Shown: positions 51,968 through 62,325, counted from the stretch's first letter. The stretch: 64,000 bases of DNA from Actinomycetota bacterium (GCA_046046665.1 JBJOJI010000003.1:1318-65317); one strand, 5' to 3'. Made by a program: numbers and translations. The notes: generated by a model from the sequence alone, not told the origin.

Positions 51968-52927
51968 TTGAAGAGACCTCAATCCAAGCCGGCCACTCGC
52001 AACGCGTCTGGCCTTCCGAGTGCACCCGCATCCGCGGCAAGAGCATCAAAAAGTTCTAAAGTAACCAAGATCTCAAGGGTGCCAAAGAATCAAAAAGATT
52101 TAGCGACGCGCAAGCCTCCAAAAGCTGCGGTCAAACGTGAAGCTAAACGTCTCGACCGATTGAGGAAAACTAGAAAAGGTATTGGGCTCATATCTAGATT
52201 GTCTCCGGAGGCAAAAAAATTTACAGTTGCCTCAAGGCGGCGCCGGGCGGTTGTTCTTGTTGTTCTAGTGTCTATGGGCTCGCTTCTGCTGTTGGTACTG
52301 GCAGCAGTATTCACGCCCCTTCTTTCGGTCGAAAAAATTGAGGTTGGTGGAATCAAGCGCCTCAAAGAAAAGTCCATCGTGAACGCCTTGCAAAGCCAGC
52401 TGGGAAAACCATTGCCTTTGGTGAATCCGGCAGATGTTGCAGGCTCGCTTAAGAGTTTTCCACTAATCGAAAGCTTCACGGTTGTTAGCCTTCCACCGCA
52501 CACTTTGAAAATTCAGATTGCTGAACGACAGCCCATTGGCGTAATTGTTGTTGGTGGAACTAGGTACCTTTACGATCCGGCAGGGGTTCGAGTTGGAATC
52601 GCGAACGGATCAGAAAATCTGCCATTAATCAACATCGATGGTGCTCCTGAAAAATCAAAGCAATTCAAGTCAGCAATCGACGTCTTGATGGCTCTACCTG
52701 CCGCATTGCTGGAGCGGGTTTCTGAAATAGACGCCAAATCAAAAGATGATGTGACGTTGAGGCTTCGAGGTTACGCTGGCCAACGAATTATTTGGGGCGA
52801 TGGATCTGACTCTGTTCTAAAGTCCAAGGTCCTAGATGCTTTGATTTCGAATCAGAAAAAATCCGATCGTGTAACTTTTGACGTATCTAGCCCCAATGCA
52901 CCAGTGGTTCGCTACGGAAATTTTTAG
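51968..52927 (+). CDS. ftsQ: Cell division protein FtsQ/DivIB
   Basis: Basic N-terminus, TM, POTRA (PPHTL.I.I.ER), C-terminal DVSSP..P; start uncertain. Confidence 0.88.
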   Translation: MKRPQSKPATRNASGLPSAPASAARASKSSKVTKISRVPKNQKDLATRKPPKAAVKREAKRLDRLRKTRKGIGLISRLSPEAKKFTVASRRRRAVVLVVLVSMGSLLLLVLAAVFTPLLSVEKIEVGGIKRLKEKSIVNALQSQLGKPLPLVNPADVAGSLKSFPLIESFTVVSLPPHTLKIQIAERQPIGVIVVGGTRYLYDPAGVRVGIANGSENLPLINIDGAPEKSKQFKSAIDVLMALPAALLERVSEIDAKSKDDVTLRLRGYAGQRIIWGDGSDSVLKSKVLDALISNQKKSDRVTFDVSSPNAPVVRYGNF

Positions 52928-53004
52928 ACACACCTATCAACTTCCGCTCTGATGCTGCCTTAACGGCTTATTTTTTTCGCGCACAGTAATAAAAGGGACT
53001 AACT

Positions 53005-53027
53005 TTAAGCCTCATGCTGAGGTTTAA
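53005..53027. promoter_or_regulatory. Inverted repeat upstream of ftsZ, candidate FtsR-type MerR operator
   Basis: TTAAGCCTCA-TGC-TGAGGTTTAA, with 9/10 arm complementarity. Confidence 0.6.
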
Positions 53028-53085
53028 CCTTTTGTAACCGTGTTCAAGTTGCTCGAGCAACTTCAAGCGAAGGCGGAGGAATAGC

Positions 53086-54381
53086 GTGGGTCTGAACCAG
53101 AACTACCTAGCAGTTATCAAGGTTGTTGGCGTTGGCGGCGGCGGTGTTAACGCACTAAACCGCATGATCGATGCTGGCCTACGCGGCGTAGAGTTTGTTG
53201 CCATCAACACTGATGCTCAGGCGCTACTTATGAGCGAAGCTCACGTCAAGCTAGACATTGGTCGAGACCTAACTCGTGGGTTGGGCGCCGGTGCTGATCC
53301 TGAAATTGGTCGTCGCGCTGCCGAAGACCACTCAGACGAAATTGAAGCCGCTCTTCGTGGCGCAGACATGATTTTTGTCACCGCCGGTGAAGGTGGCGGC
53401 ACAGGTACCGGAGCAGCTCCTGTAGTCGCAAGAATCGCAAAGCAGCTTGATGCGTTAACCGTAGGTGTTGTAACACGTCCATTTGGGTTCGAAGGCAAGC
53501 GTCGCGCTCAGCAGGCTGAAGCGGGAATTGAAATTCTTCGAGGTGAAGTTGACACCCTAATCGTGGTCCCAAACCAACGACTACTAGAACTTGTTAATAA
53601 GTCAGTTTCAGTTGTTGAGGCTTTTGCAACGGCCGACGACGTTCTTCGCGCTGGTGTTCAGGGCATCACAGATTTGATCACAACTCCAGGTTTAATAAAC
53701 CTTGACTTTGCAGATGTGAAGTCAGTTATGAAGGGTGCTGGTTCTGCACTCATGGGTATTGGTACCGCAAAAGGTGAGGACCGTGCAGTTCGCGCTGCCG
53801 AGCTTGCTGTTTCCAGCCCGTTGCTAGAAGCAAGCATCGACGGCGCTCACGGCGTGCTACTGCTTGTTCAGGGTGCATCAGATCTTGGTCTTCACGAAAT
53901 AGACGAGGCGGCCCGTTTGGTGCAAGAAGCGGTTAGCCCAGAAGCAAACATTATCTACGGAACAACCATCGATGACACCCTGGGTGACGAGGTGCGCATC
54001 ACCGTTATTGCCGCAGGTTTCGATGGCGGTCTGCCAAAAGTTAGAAAAATTGAACGCAGACCATTCGCAGAACCAGTTAGCTCTGCGGCTCCGGTTGCTG
54101 CAGCCACCAGCACTTCATGGTTCGGCGAGTCATCAGCACCGGCCACTGAATCCATCGACGTTGCCGATGTTCAGTCTTACTACGCAGATGAGAGAGCAGC
54201 GAGTGTTGAAACTTCAACTCCAGCTGCCTTTCGCGAAGCTGATGAACCAGAACATTCAACCGAGCAGGTTTCCCACAAGTCTGCCGACGGCACAAAGTTT
54301 CAGTCTGCCGACGGCACAAAGTTTCAGTCTGCCGACGGCACATGGGGCGACGATCTCGACATTCCAGATTTTCTTCGCTAA
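53086..54381 (+). CDS. ftsZ: Cell division protein FtsZ
   Basis: GGGTGTG tubulin motif, NLDFADV, C-terminal DLDIPDFLR; GGAGG RBS. Confidence 0.99.
   Translation: MGLNQNYLAVIKVVGVGGGGVNALNRMIDAGLRGVEFVAINTDAQALLMSEAHVKLDIGRDLTRGLGAGADPEIGRRAAEDHSDEIEAALRGADMIFVTAGEGGGTGTGAAPVVARIAKQLDALTVGVVTRPFGFEGKRRAQQAEAGIEILRGEVDTLIVVPNQRLLELVNKSVSVVEAFATADDVLRAGVQGITDLITTPGLINLDFADVKSVMKGAGSALMGIGTAKGEDRAVRAAELAVSSPLLEASIDGAHGVLLLVQGASDLGLHEIDEAARLVQEAVSPEANIIYGTTIDDTLGDEVRITVIAAGFDGGLPKVRKIERRPFAEPVSSAAPVAAATSTSWFGESSAPATESIDVADVQSYYADERAASVETSTPAAFREADEPEHSTEQVSHKSADGTKFQSADGTKFQSADGTWGDDLDIPDFLR
54278..54342 (+). repeat. In-frame 24-bp tandem repeat (about 2.7 copies) in the ftsZ linker
   Basis: AGTCTGCCGACGGCACAAAGTTTC at 54278 and 54302, with a 17-bp partial copy at 54326; encodes [21 protein letters not shown]. 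Confidence 0.95.
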
Positions 54382-54414
54382 ATTCGCAGCTTTTCTTAAA
54401 AGAATATTTCGAGC

Positions 54415-55110
54415 ATGAGTTCTCTGGCAGAACGACTAGCCGAAATTGAAAATCGCATTCATGATGCGGCTCAAAAAGCTTCGCGTGTTCGTGAAGAAAT
54501 TGAATTAATCGTTGTTTCAAAGAACCACCCTGCGCAATTGGCGATCGATCTAATTAATTTAGGTGTTCGCTCTTTGGGTGAAAATCGTGACCAAGAGGCC
54601 AAGGCAAAATCTTTGGAAGTCGCCGAAGCGTTTTCCCATTCAGATGTTGCGTATCAGTGGCACTTTATAGGGCAGTTGCAGAGCAATAAAGTTCGTTCAG
54701 CTCTCAGTTACTCAGCTGTGGTTCATTCTTTAGATCGACAATCTCTGCTTGACGCCTTAATTAAGAGCTCAATCGAGATATCTAAGCCTCTGCCTGTTTT
54801 TATCCAGTTAAATCTCACCCAAGATTCCGGCCGTGGGGGGATTGAACCAAAGAATTTGCTTTCTTTTGCAGAGCGAGTGCTAGCAGCCCCTGGTCTAAGG
54901 CTTCTGGGAGTCATGGGCGTTGCATCGCTTGATCAGGCACCGGAACACGATTTTGCCACCATAAGAGCCGCCAGTGATGACCTTCAAAGTTTGGCGCCAG
55001 AGGCAAAGTTCATATCCGCAGGCATGTCTGAAGACTTCGAAGCAGCAATTGGCTTCGGCGCGACACACTTGCGCATTGGCAGCGCAATCACCGGAAAACG
55101 CCAGTATTAG
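54415..55110 (+). CDS. yggS: YggS family PLP homeostasis protein
   Basis: VVSK, GENR.QE, WHFIGQLQSNK, SAGMS.DF, RIGSAI. Confidence 0.95.
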   Translation: MSSLAERLAEIENRIHDAAQKASRVREEIELIVVSKNHPAQLAIDLINLGVRSLGENRDQEAKAKSLEVAEAFSHSDVAYQWHFIGQLQSNKVRSALSYSAVVHSLDRQSLLDALIKSSIEISKPLPVFIQLNLTQDSGRGGIEPKNLLSFAERVLAAPGLRLLGVMGVASLDQAPEHDFATIRAASDDLQSLAPEAKFISAGMSEDFEAAIGFGATHLRIGSAITGKRQY

Positions 55111-55151
55111 CAATATTCTGGACAAGTAAAAGTCCTCAGGAGGATACGTAA

Positions 55152-55580
55152 ATGGCAGGTTTAATTTCACAGGTTTCAGGCTGGCTTGGTCTAGCCGATG
55201 AGGGCGAAGCCCTTCCACCTCGCCCGGCAGCTGCCAGCGCTGGTGACTCGCGCCCGATTGCGCGTGTAGCTCCTATGCGTCCACGTCGCGGAACCACCGA
55301 GGTCAATGAGATTTACACCATCGAACCTCGCACCTACGCTGAAGCCCCTGAGGTTGCAGCAAACTACCGCCTTGGTATTCCAGTAATCGTTAACATGGGC
55401 GACATGTCTGAACTTGATTCAAGACGCATGCTTGACTTCATGCTGGGTCTAAAAGAAGGCCTAGAGGGGCACCTAAAGCGCGTAACTCCAAAGGTGTTTT
55501 TGTTGACTCCGAACCACGTTGCGGTAAATAACGAAGATGACGAGACTGAGCCTTCAGACGATCTAATCGTTCGCCCTTAG
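55152..55580 (+). CDS. sepF: Cell division protein SepF
   Basis: PRTYAEA...PVIVN...RMLDF..GL...KVFLLTP; AGGAGG RBS. Confidence 0.93.
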   Translation: MAGLISQVSGWLGLADEGEALPPRPAAASAGDSRPIARVAPMRPRRGTTEVNEIYTIEPRTYAEAPEVAANYRLGIPVIVNMGDMSELDSRRMLDFMLGLKEGLEGHLKRVTPKVFLLTPNHVAVNNEDDETEPSDDLIVRP

Positions 55581-55597
55581 CACCCTTTAGATAAAAA

Positions 55598-55885
55598 ATG
55601 GGCGTGATTGCGGTTGTCTTTTGGTGGCTGCTTCAGGCCTATTTTTTCGCTCTAGTGGCAAGATTATTCGTTGATTTAGCCCTTTCAGTAAACCGTTCTT
55701 GGCGACCCAAGGGCATTTTGCTGCCAGTAGTAGAAATTGTCATGACTGTCACAGACCCAGCCATCAAGCTGGTGCGTCGCCTCATCCCACCTATCAGGGT
55801 TGGCGCTATCCAATTTGACTTGGGCTGGACAGTTCTGGTTTTTGGCATATTTTTTCTTCAGCGCCTGGTAATTTCTGTCGCCTAG
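55598..55885 (+). CDS. YggT/YlmG family membrane protein
   Basis: VTDP.....RRLIPP.R.G...D; lies between sepF and divIVA. Confidence 0.9.
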   Translation: MGVIAVVFWWLLQAYFFALVARLFVDLALSVNRSWRPKGILLPVVEIVMTVTDPAIKLVRRLIPPIRVGAIQFDLGWTVLVFGIFFLQRLVISVA

Positions 55886-55987
55886 GCCCACATTTTTACC
55901 AACCGGAAAGAACTAATCCGGCAAAAGGGGTAACCTTTACCTTTGAGGTCGAATCCCCGACGACTAAGTACATAAAGAGGTAAGAAT

Positions 55988-56692
55988 ATGCCGTTGACTC
56001 CAGAAGACGTGGTCAATAAGAGATTCCAGCCAACTAAGTTTCGCGAAGGCTACGATCAAGACGAAGTTGATGACTTCCTTGATGAGATTGTCATTGAACT
56101 TCGTCGACTAACTCAAGAAAACGATGACTTGCGTCAGCGTTTACTTGCAAGTGAGTCTAGAATTGCAGAACTTCAGCGCAGTGGTGCCGGCCTGGTGGCT
56201 GAAATGAACAACGCCACCGCTGAAAGTGCCTTGGTAAGCTCAGTGCCTGCCATAGCCCCAAGCGCCGTTAGCGCCTTCCCTGAGGCAACTCAGGACCCAT
56301 CTACATTAGACACAAGTAACACTAATAATCTCTTGCAGTTGGCTCGCAAACTTCACGAAGAACACGTGCGTGAAGGCCTAGCTAAGCGTGACGCTCTGAT
56401 TGCCGAAGGCCATGCCACAGCAGCACGCGTTGTTCGAGAAGCCGAAGCACAACAGCGTGCCGACATGAGTCGTCTTGAGCAAGAGCGTGCGCTAATTGAG
56501 CACCGTATCCAGGAACTTAGAAGTTTCGAGCGAGAATATCGTTTGAAGCTCAAGGCATACATCGAAAACCAGTTAGCTGACCTTGAAGAGGCAACTGCAG
56601 CTCCTGCCGAACGCCCTAACGCCGCAATCGAGGGTGGCTTTGGTTTTGGTGGGCAAGCATTCAACCCAAACGGCTTCTCTGCTGGCAACTAA
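55988..56692 (+). CDS. divIVA: DivIVA/Wag31 polar growth protein
   Basis: MPLTPEDV.NK.F...REGYDQDEVDDFLD, followed by coiled coils and FEREYR. Confidence 0.95.
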   Translation: MPLTPEDVVNKRFQPTKFREGYDQDEVDDFLDEIVIELRRLTQENDDLRQRLLASESRIAELQRSGAGLVAEMNNATAESALVSSVPAIAPSAVSAFPEATQDPSTLDTSNTNNLLQLARKLHEEHVREGLAKRDALIAEGHATAARVVREAEAQQRADMSRLEQERALIEHRIQELRSFEREYRLKLKAYIENQLADLEEATAAPAERPNAAIEGGFGFGGQAFNPNGFSAGN

Positions 56693-56696
56693 TTAA

Positions 56697-57203
56697 TTGA
56701 CTCTTAAAAATTCTTTGCCCTCTCGTCAGCTTTGGTTGCTGGCAAGTGCATTGGTTTTAATTGCTTTAGATCAATTTGTTAAAAATTATCTAATTGCAAC
56801 TTTGCAACCGGGTCAGCCTGTTGAACTAATTGGTCCGACAGTCAGACTCAATCTCGCATTCAATGATTCCGCTGCATTTTCTATTGGTTTTGGTGCAACC
56901 TGGATATTCACAATAATTTCGTCTCTAGCAGCACTGGCACTAATTTGGTTCAGTTTCAAGATTGAAACATTTGGCTGGTCAATAATGGCAGGTGTAATGC
57001 TGGGTGGCGTCTGCGGAAATCTCATTGACCGCCTGACTCGCGAACCAGGCTTTGCTGTGGGGCACGTAGTTGATTACATTCAAATACCATTTAACTTTCC
57101 CATTTTTAACATTGCCGACATCGCAATTTTCACCGTATGCAGTTTGACGGTTATACGCATTTTGCGCGGCGACGAAATTGGCCGCAAGCCGGTTAGAAAA
57201 TGA
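56697..57203 (+). CDS. lspA: Lipoprotein signal peptidase
   Basis: DQ..K, N...AFS, GNLIDR, VVDYI, FNIAD. Confidence 0.95.
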   Translation: MTLKNSLPSRQLWLLASALVLIALDQFVKNYLIATLQPGQPVELIGPTVRLNLAFNDSAAFSIGFGATWIFTIISSLAALALIWFSFKIETFGWSIMAGVMLGGVCGNLIDRLTREPGFAVGHVVDYIQIPFNFPIFNIADIAIFTVCSLTVIRILRGDEIGRKPVRK

Positions 57204-58123
57204 GCGAGCAAAAACTTTTACCTGTTCCAGATGGCCTTTCCGGTGAGCGGGCAGACGCCGGTCTCGCAAAGTTGATGGGGCTCTCTCGGTCTGCAGCTGC
57301 AGAACTATTGAATGGTGGCTTGGTGCTGCAAAATTCAAAGCAAATTGCAAAATCAGACAAATTACAGGGTGGAGCAATTCTTGAGGTGACCATGCCTCAG
57401 CCAAAGAATCCCTTGGAAATAGTTGCATCCATCGTGGATGGATTCAAAATTATTTACCAAGACGAAGACATCATTGTGATTGATAAGCCTGCGGGGGTAG
57501 CTTCGCATCCATCAGTAGGGTGGGACGGCCCAACCGTTCCCGGTTGCCTTCTTGCTTTAGGGGTCCAAATTGCAACCTCCGGCGCACAAGAGCGTCAGGG
57601 AATAGTTCAACGTCTGGATGTTGGCACCAGCGGCCTAATGACTTTGGCAAAATCTGAGGTCGCCTATTCAAGGTTGAAGCAGGCGTTTCGCGATCGAACC
57701 GTGCACAAGGTTTACCACGCCGTCATTCAAGGTTTGGCAGACCCTCTGGCCGGAACTTTCGATGCACCCATCGGCCGGCACCCAAAGGCTGAATTCAAGT
57801 TCGCCGTGATGAACGATGGCAAGCACTCAATAACTCACTACGAAACTATTGAAGCCTTTCGTTCTGCCTCGCTCGTGGAAATTGTTCTAGAAACTGGCCG
57901 CACGCATCAGATTCGAGTTCACTTTTCTGCCTTCAGGCACCCACTAGTGGGTGACACCATGTATGGCGCAGACCCTAGCCTGGCAGCCAGAGTGGGCCTA
58001 GATCGTCAGTGGCTGCATGCTGTTCGCCTAAGTTTTGAACACCCAACCAAGGGCACCCAGGTTGAGTTTACAAGCCAGTACCCAAGTGAGTTGGTGAACG
58101 CCCTAGAGGTTTTGCGGGGGTAG
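57200..58123 (+). CDS. rluD: RluA/RluD family pseudouridine synthase
   Basis: S4-like N-terminus, GIVQRLDVGTSG, TGRTHQIRVH, GD..YG. Confidence 0.9.
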   Translation: MSEQKLLPVPDGLSGERADAGLAKLMGLSRSAAAELLNGGLVLQNSKQIAKSDKLQGGAILEVTMPQPKNPLEIVASIVDGFKIIYQDEDIIVIDKPAGVASHPSVGWDGPTVPGCLLALGVQIATSGAQERQGIVQRLDVGTSGLMTLAKSEVAYSRLKQAFRDRTVHKVYHAVIQGLADPLAGTFDAPIGRHPKAEFKFAVMNDGKHSITHYETIEAFRSASLVEIVLETGRTHQIRVHFSAFRHPLVGDTMYGADPSLAARVGLDRQWLHAVRLSFEHPTKGTQVEFTSQYPSELVNALEVLRG

Positions 58124-58185
58124 TCTGGTCTTCCGCCCAATCTGAAATTTAGGTTCGGTCCCACAGCAACAGGAAGGTCCAGCCA

Positions 58186-61100
58186 ATGTCTGGCAGTTCA
58201 GTTAAGAACGAGTCTTTCGTTCACCTTCATGTTCACACCGAGTATTCGATGCTTGATGGTGCTGCTCGAGTGAAGCCACTCATAGAAGCCGCTGTTGAGC
58301 AGGGTATGCCTGCAATTGGTATCAGCGACCACGGAAATAATTTTGGCGCTTTCGATTTTTATAAAACAGCAAAATCTGCGGGCATTAAACCCATTATTGG
58401 CATCGAGGCTTATTTAAGCCCTGGCACTCCAAGGCAGGATCGCACACGAATTAAGTGGGGTAGTGGCGGCGAAGACGATATCTCTGGTGGCGGAGCCTTC
58501 ACTCACATGACCATGTTTGCCGAGAGCACAGATGGAATGTACAACCTATTTCGCATGTCTTCAAAAGCCTGGTTAGATGGTTTTTATTTCAAGCCGCGCA
58601 TGGATCGCGAGCTTTTGAACACGTACGGCAAAGGGGTGATTGCAACCACCGGATGTGCATCGGGTGAAATTCAAACTCGCTTGCGTCTTGGTCAATACGA
58701 CGAAGCCAAAAAAGCAGCGGGCGAGTTCCAAGAAATATTTGGAAAAGAGAATTTCTTTGCCGAAATCATGGATCACGGCCTGGACATTGAAAGACGTTCA
58801 ATGAGCGATCTACTAAAGCTTGCTAAAGAGTTGAACATGCCGTTGCTGGCGACCAATGATTTGCACTATACCCATGCGGGAGATGCCTCCGCCCATGAAG
58901 CTTTGCTTTGCGTGCAGTCTGGTTCAACTCTGGTTGACCCAACTAGGTTCAAATTTGATTCCCAAGAGTTCTACCTGAAGACTCCGCAGCAGATGCGTGA
59001 CTTGTTTTCTGATAATCCAGAAGCCTGTGATAACACCTTGTTAATTGCTGAACGATGCAATGTGGAATTCAAAGAACGCGAACTGATGCCGCGCTTTCCT
59101 GTACCAGAAGGCCACACCGAGGCGTCCTGGTTTGAGCAGGAAGTCGCTGCTGGAGTGCAGCGCAGGTATAAAGGGCAAATCCCTGAAGCGCAGGCCAAGC
59201 AGGTTTCATATGAAGTTGAAGTTATCGAGCAAATGGGTTTCCCTGGCTACTTCTTAGTGGTAGCCGACTTCATTGCTTGGGCTCGTGCGCAGGGAATCCG
59301 CGTTGGTCCCGGCCGCGGTTCTGCAGCTGGTTCCATAGTTGCCTATGCATTGGGAATCACCGAGTTAGACCCAATCAAACATGGGCTAATTTTTGAGCGC
59401 TTCCTCAATCCTGAACGTGTGTCGATGCCCGACATCGATGTCGACTTCGATGACCGCCGACGTGGTGAAGTCATTCGCTATGTCTCTGAAAAATATGGTG
59501 ATGACCGCGTTGCACAAATTGTGACATTCGGAACTATCAAGGCTAAACAAGCACTAAAAGACGCCGGTCGTGTGCTGGCAATGCCTTATGCCGTTGGTGA
59601 AAAACTTACTAAGGCTATGCCCCCTATGGTGCTTGGTCGAGACATTGCATTAAATGATCTGATCGATAAAAAATCCGAGCGCTATAAAGAAGCCGCAGAC
59701 TTTCGCGACCTAATTGAAAACGACGACGATTCGGCCAAAGTATTTCAGTTAGCACAAGGACTGGAATCGCTTAAGCGCCAGTGGGGCGTGCATGCCGCTG
59801 GTGTAATCATGTCTGCCGAGCCGCTGATTGACGTTATTCCAATCATGAAACGAGAAGACGACGGCGCAATTATTACGCAGTTTGATCAACCGCCTTGCGA
59901 AAAGCTTGGCCTTCTAAAGATGGACTTTTTAGGTCTTCGCAACTTAACGGTGCTTGATGACACGCTGGCGAACATCAAGTCAAACCGTGGTGAAACAGTG
60001 GTGCTAGAAGATCTAGATTTAGATTCAGATCCGGCAACCTTTGAATTGCTTTCTCGCGGGGACACCCTTGGGGTTTTTCAGCTTGATGGAAACGCAATGC
60101 GCTCCCTGCTGAGATTGTTGAAGCCATCACTGTTTGAACATATTTCTGCTGTTATCGCTTTGTATCGCCCTGGTCCGATGGGTATGAACTCGCACACCAA
60201 CTATGCCTTGCGTAAAAACGGTCAGCAGGCAGTAGATTCTGTCCACGCAGAGCTATCCGAGTCTCTCTCTGAAGTTCTTGACCCAACCTACGGGTTGATT
60301 GTTTACCAAGAGCAGGTAATGGCTGCTGCGCAAAAGGCCGCTGGTTTCACGCTTGGTAAAGCCGATCTACTTCGACGTGCCATGGGTAAAAAAGACAAAG
60401 ATGAGCTAGACCGTCAGTATCAAGGTTTCTCTGACGGCATGAAAAGTAACGGGTATTCAGATGCCGCGGTCAAGGCACTTTGGGACACCCTGCTGCCATT
60501 TGCCGACTACGCGTTTAACCGCGCACACTCTGCAGCCTATGGAGTGCTTTCTTACTGGACTGCCTACCTAAAGGCAAATTACCCGGCCGAGTACATGGCT
60601 GCATTGCTTACTTCAGTGGGTGACTCTAAAGACAAGCTTGGTCTGTATCTAAGTGAATGCCGGCGAATGGGAATTCAGGTTCTTGCCCCCGATGTGAATG
60701 AATCTATTGCAGCATTTAGCGCGGTTGGCAAAGACATTCGTTTTGGGCTGGGCGCCGTTAGAAATGTAGGGCTCAACGTAGTTGACGGCATAAAGCGCAC
60801 CAGGGAAGAGAAAGGTAGGTTCACTTCTTTTCATGATTTCCTGAGAAAAGTTCCAGCCATTGTCTGCTCAAAGCGAGTGGTTGAATCTCTCATCAAAGCT
60901 GGAGCGTTCGATTCACTTGGTCATACGCGTAGATCGCTGGCCGAGATTTCTGAAGAGGCCGTTGATTCGCAAGCTTCTTTGAAAAAGAATGAAGCGGTTG
61001 GTCAGGTAGATCTTTTTGGTTCAATGTTTGATGACGCCATGGGCGACAACTCTTTTGCTGGTTCAGTACCAGATCGCCCAGAGTGGCAAAAGAAAGAAAA

Positions 61101-61719
61101 ATTAGCTTACGAGCGTGACATGCTTGGGCTCTACGTTAGTGATCACCCGCTTGCTGGGCGCGAGGAGCAGTTGGCTCGTTTCGCTCAAATCACAATCGGT
61201 GAAATTCAATCCAGTGAGTCGTTACAAGATGGCGAGACCGTAGTAATCGCTGGTCTGATAACTCAGGTTCTGCACAAGGTAGCTAGGCAATCCGGTAACC
61301 CGTATGCTGCAGTGACCGTCGAAGATTTTGAAGGCGAAATGCAGGTGATGTTGATGGGCAAGACCTATCAAGAATTTGCAAAGAACCTTGAGGCCGATCA
61401 AGTAGTTGTGATTAAAGGAAGCATTTCTCAACGCGATGATGGAAACAGTTTGCGCGCCTACTCGATTGAAACAATTGAAGGCGGCGCCGATTACATCAGG
61501 GGCCCTGTCGTAGTACGCATTCCTGAAGCCGAGGCAACCAGGGAAATTCTTGAGGAACTAGACCGAATTCTGCGCGTGCACGCAGGCACCGAAGAGGTTC
61601 ATGTAAAACTAATTGGTGAAGCGGGAGAGAGGCTGTTCAAATTGCAGCCTAGAGTCAAAATCACCACCGATTTCTACGGCGAGCTAAAGGTGCTGCTCGG
61701 CGCCAAGTGCCTGAGTTAA
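58186..61719 (+). CDS. dnaE: DNA polymerase III alpha subunit
   Basis: PHP HLHVHTEYSMLDG, GRGSAAGS, PDIDVDF, KMDFLGL; no intein. Confidence 0.99.
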   Translation: MSGSSVKNESFVHLHVHTEYSMLDGAARVKPLIEAAVEQGMPAIGISDHGNNFGAFDFYKTAKSAGIKPIIGIEAYLSPGTPRQDRTRIKWGSGGEDDISGGGAFTHMTMFAESTDGMYNLFRMSSKAWLDGFYFKPRMDRELLNTYGKGVIATTGCASGEIQTRLRLGQYDEAKKAAGEFQEIFGKENFFAEIMDHGLDIERRSMSDLLKLAKELNMPLLATNDLHYTHAGDASAHEALLCVQSGSTLVDPTRFKFDSQEFYLKTPQQMRDLFSDNPEACDNTLLIAERCNVEFKERELMPRFPVPEGHTEASWFEQEVAAGVQRRYKGQIPEAQAKQVSYEVEVIEQMGFPGYFLVVADFIAWARAQGIRVGPGRGSAAGSIVAYALGITELDPIKHGLIFERFLNPERVSMPDIDVDFDDRRRGEVIRYVSEKYGDDRVAQIVTFGTIKAKQALKDAGRVLAMPYAVGEKLTKAMPPMVLGRDIALNDLIDKKSERYKEAADFRDLIENDDDSAKVFQLAQGLESLKRQWGVHAAGVIMSAEPLIDVIPIMKREDDGAIITQFDQPPCEKLGLLKMDFLGLRNLTVLDDTLANIKSNRGETVVLEDLDLDSDPATFELLSRGDTLGVFQLDGNAMRSLLRLLKPSLFEHISAVIALYRPGPMGMNSHTNYALRKNGQQAVDSVHAELSESLSEVLDPTYGLIVYQEQVMAAAQKAAGFTLGKADLLRRAMGKKDKDELDRQYQGFSDGMKSNGYSDAAVKALWDTLLPFADYAFNRAHSAAYGVLSYWTAYLKANYPAEYMAALLTSVGDSKDKLGLYLSECRRMGIQVLAPDVNESIAAFSAVGKDIRFGLGAVRNVGLNVVDGIKRTREEKGRFTSFHDFLRKVPAIVCSKRVVESLIKAGAFDSLGHTRRSLAEISEEAVDSQASLKKNEAVGQVDLFGSMFDDAMGDNSFAGSVPDRPEWQKKEKLAYERDMLGLYVSDHPLAGREEQLARFAQITIGEIQSSESLQDGETVVIAGLITQVLHKVARQSGNPYAAVTVEDFEGEMQVMLMGKTYQEFAKNLEADQVVVIKGSISQRDDGNSLRAYSIETIEGGADYIRGPVVVRIPEAEATREILEELDRILRVHAGTEEVHVKLIGEAGERLFKLQPRVKITTDFYGELKVLLGAKCLS

Positions 61720-61729
61720 AAATTGGTAG

Positions 61730-62236
61730 TTAGTTAAGCGACTTACCAGGGCTCATGTAGTGGCGCTGGTAGTAGAGCAATGCCGGGCCGGCCTCGCCAA
61801 CCAGACCCTCTAAAACGTTCACTATTACAACCGCATTGTTTTCAACATTGTGAATTTCACGAACTTCACAAATCATCACAGAGGTTGCTGCATTGAAAAT
61901 AGGTAGGCCTTTGGCGCCAAAAGCCCAATCGTCTTTTGCGAATCTAAGCGTGTGGTCTGCGGCCATACGCTGGGCTAGTTCAAGATTTGAGTCACGAAGA
62001 GTGTGAATTGCAACGTACTTCGCTTGGCAAAGTGCTGGCCATGAACTAGAACCTGAGGCCACGTTGAAAGAGGCTAGCGGAGGGTTTGCGCCCAAAGATG
62101 TCATTGAAGTAGCAGTGAAACCAGCTGGTTTTCCCTCGGTATCTAGCATGGTGATAACCGATACGCCAGAGGCATGCAGCCTAAAGCTGGCGCGTAGTGC
62201 CTCAGTTGAATCTGTGATTACTTCAAAGTTGTTCAT
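61730..62236 (-). CDS. Flavin reductase-like protein
   Basis: LRASF...ASGVSVIT, GFTATS..S...PP, C-terminal ALLY. Confidence 0.85.
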   Translation of the reverse strand: MNNFEVITDSTEALRASFRLHASGVSVITMLDTEGKPAGFTATSMTSLGANPPLASFNVASGSSSWPALCQAKYVAIHTLRDSNLELAQRMAADHTLRFAKDDWAFGAKGLPIFNAATSVMICEVREIHNVENNAVVIVNVLEGLVGEAGPALLYYQRHYMSPGKSLN

Positions 62237-62325
62237 GTCTCTTTTTCTGATTCGTTGACCTGTCTAGGGTACAGCGTGCCCCGCTCACCTCTACAATTGC
62301 AAAAGAATCTATTTTGGAGGTCAGC

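Noticed and set aside
54278-54342. Repeat as a mini-CRISPR array
   Set aside because: The units are contiguous without spacers, lie in frame inside ftsZ, and there are no cas genes.
53972-54520. Overlapping ORFs 53972-54418(+) and 54077-54520(-) with repeated peptides
   Set aside because: These are alternate-frame shadows of ftsZ and its 24-bp repeat, with no independent evidence.
55057-55066. GGCGCGACAC near the end of yggS as a WhiA site for sepF
   Set aside because: It is explained by the conserved GATH codons and cannot be separated from coding constraint.
58186-61719. Intein or split in dnaE
   Set aside because: The length (1177 aa) is normal, the motifs are continuous, and no splicing motifs are seen internally.
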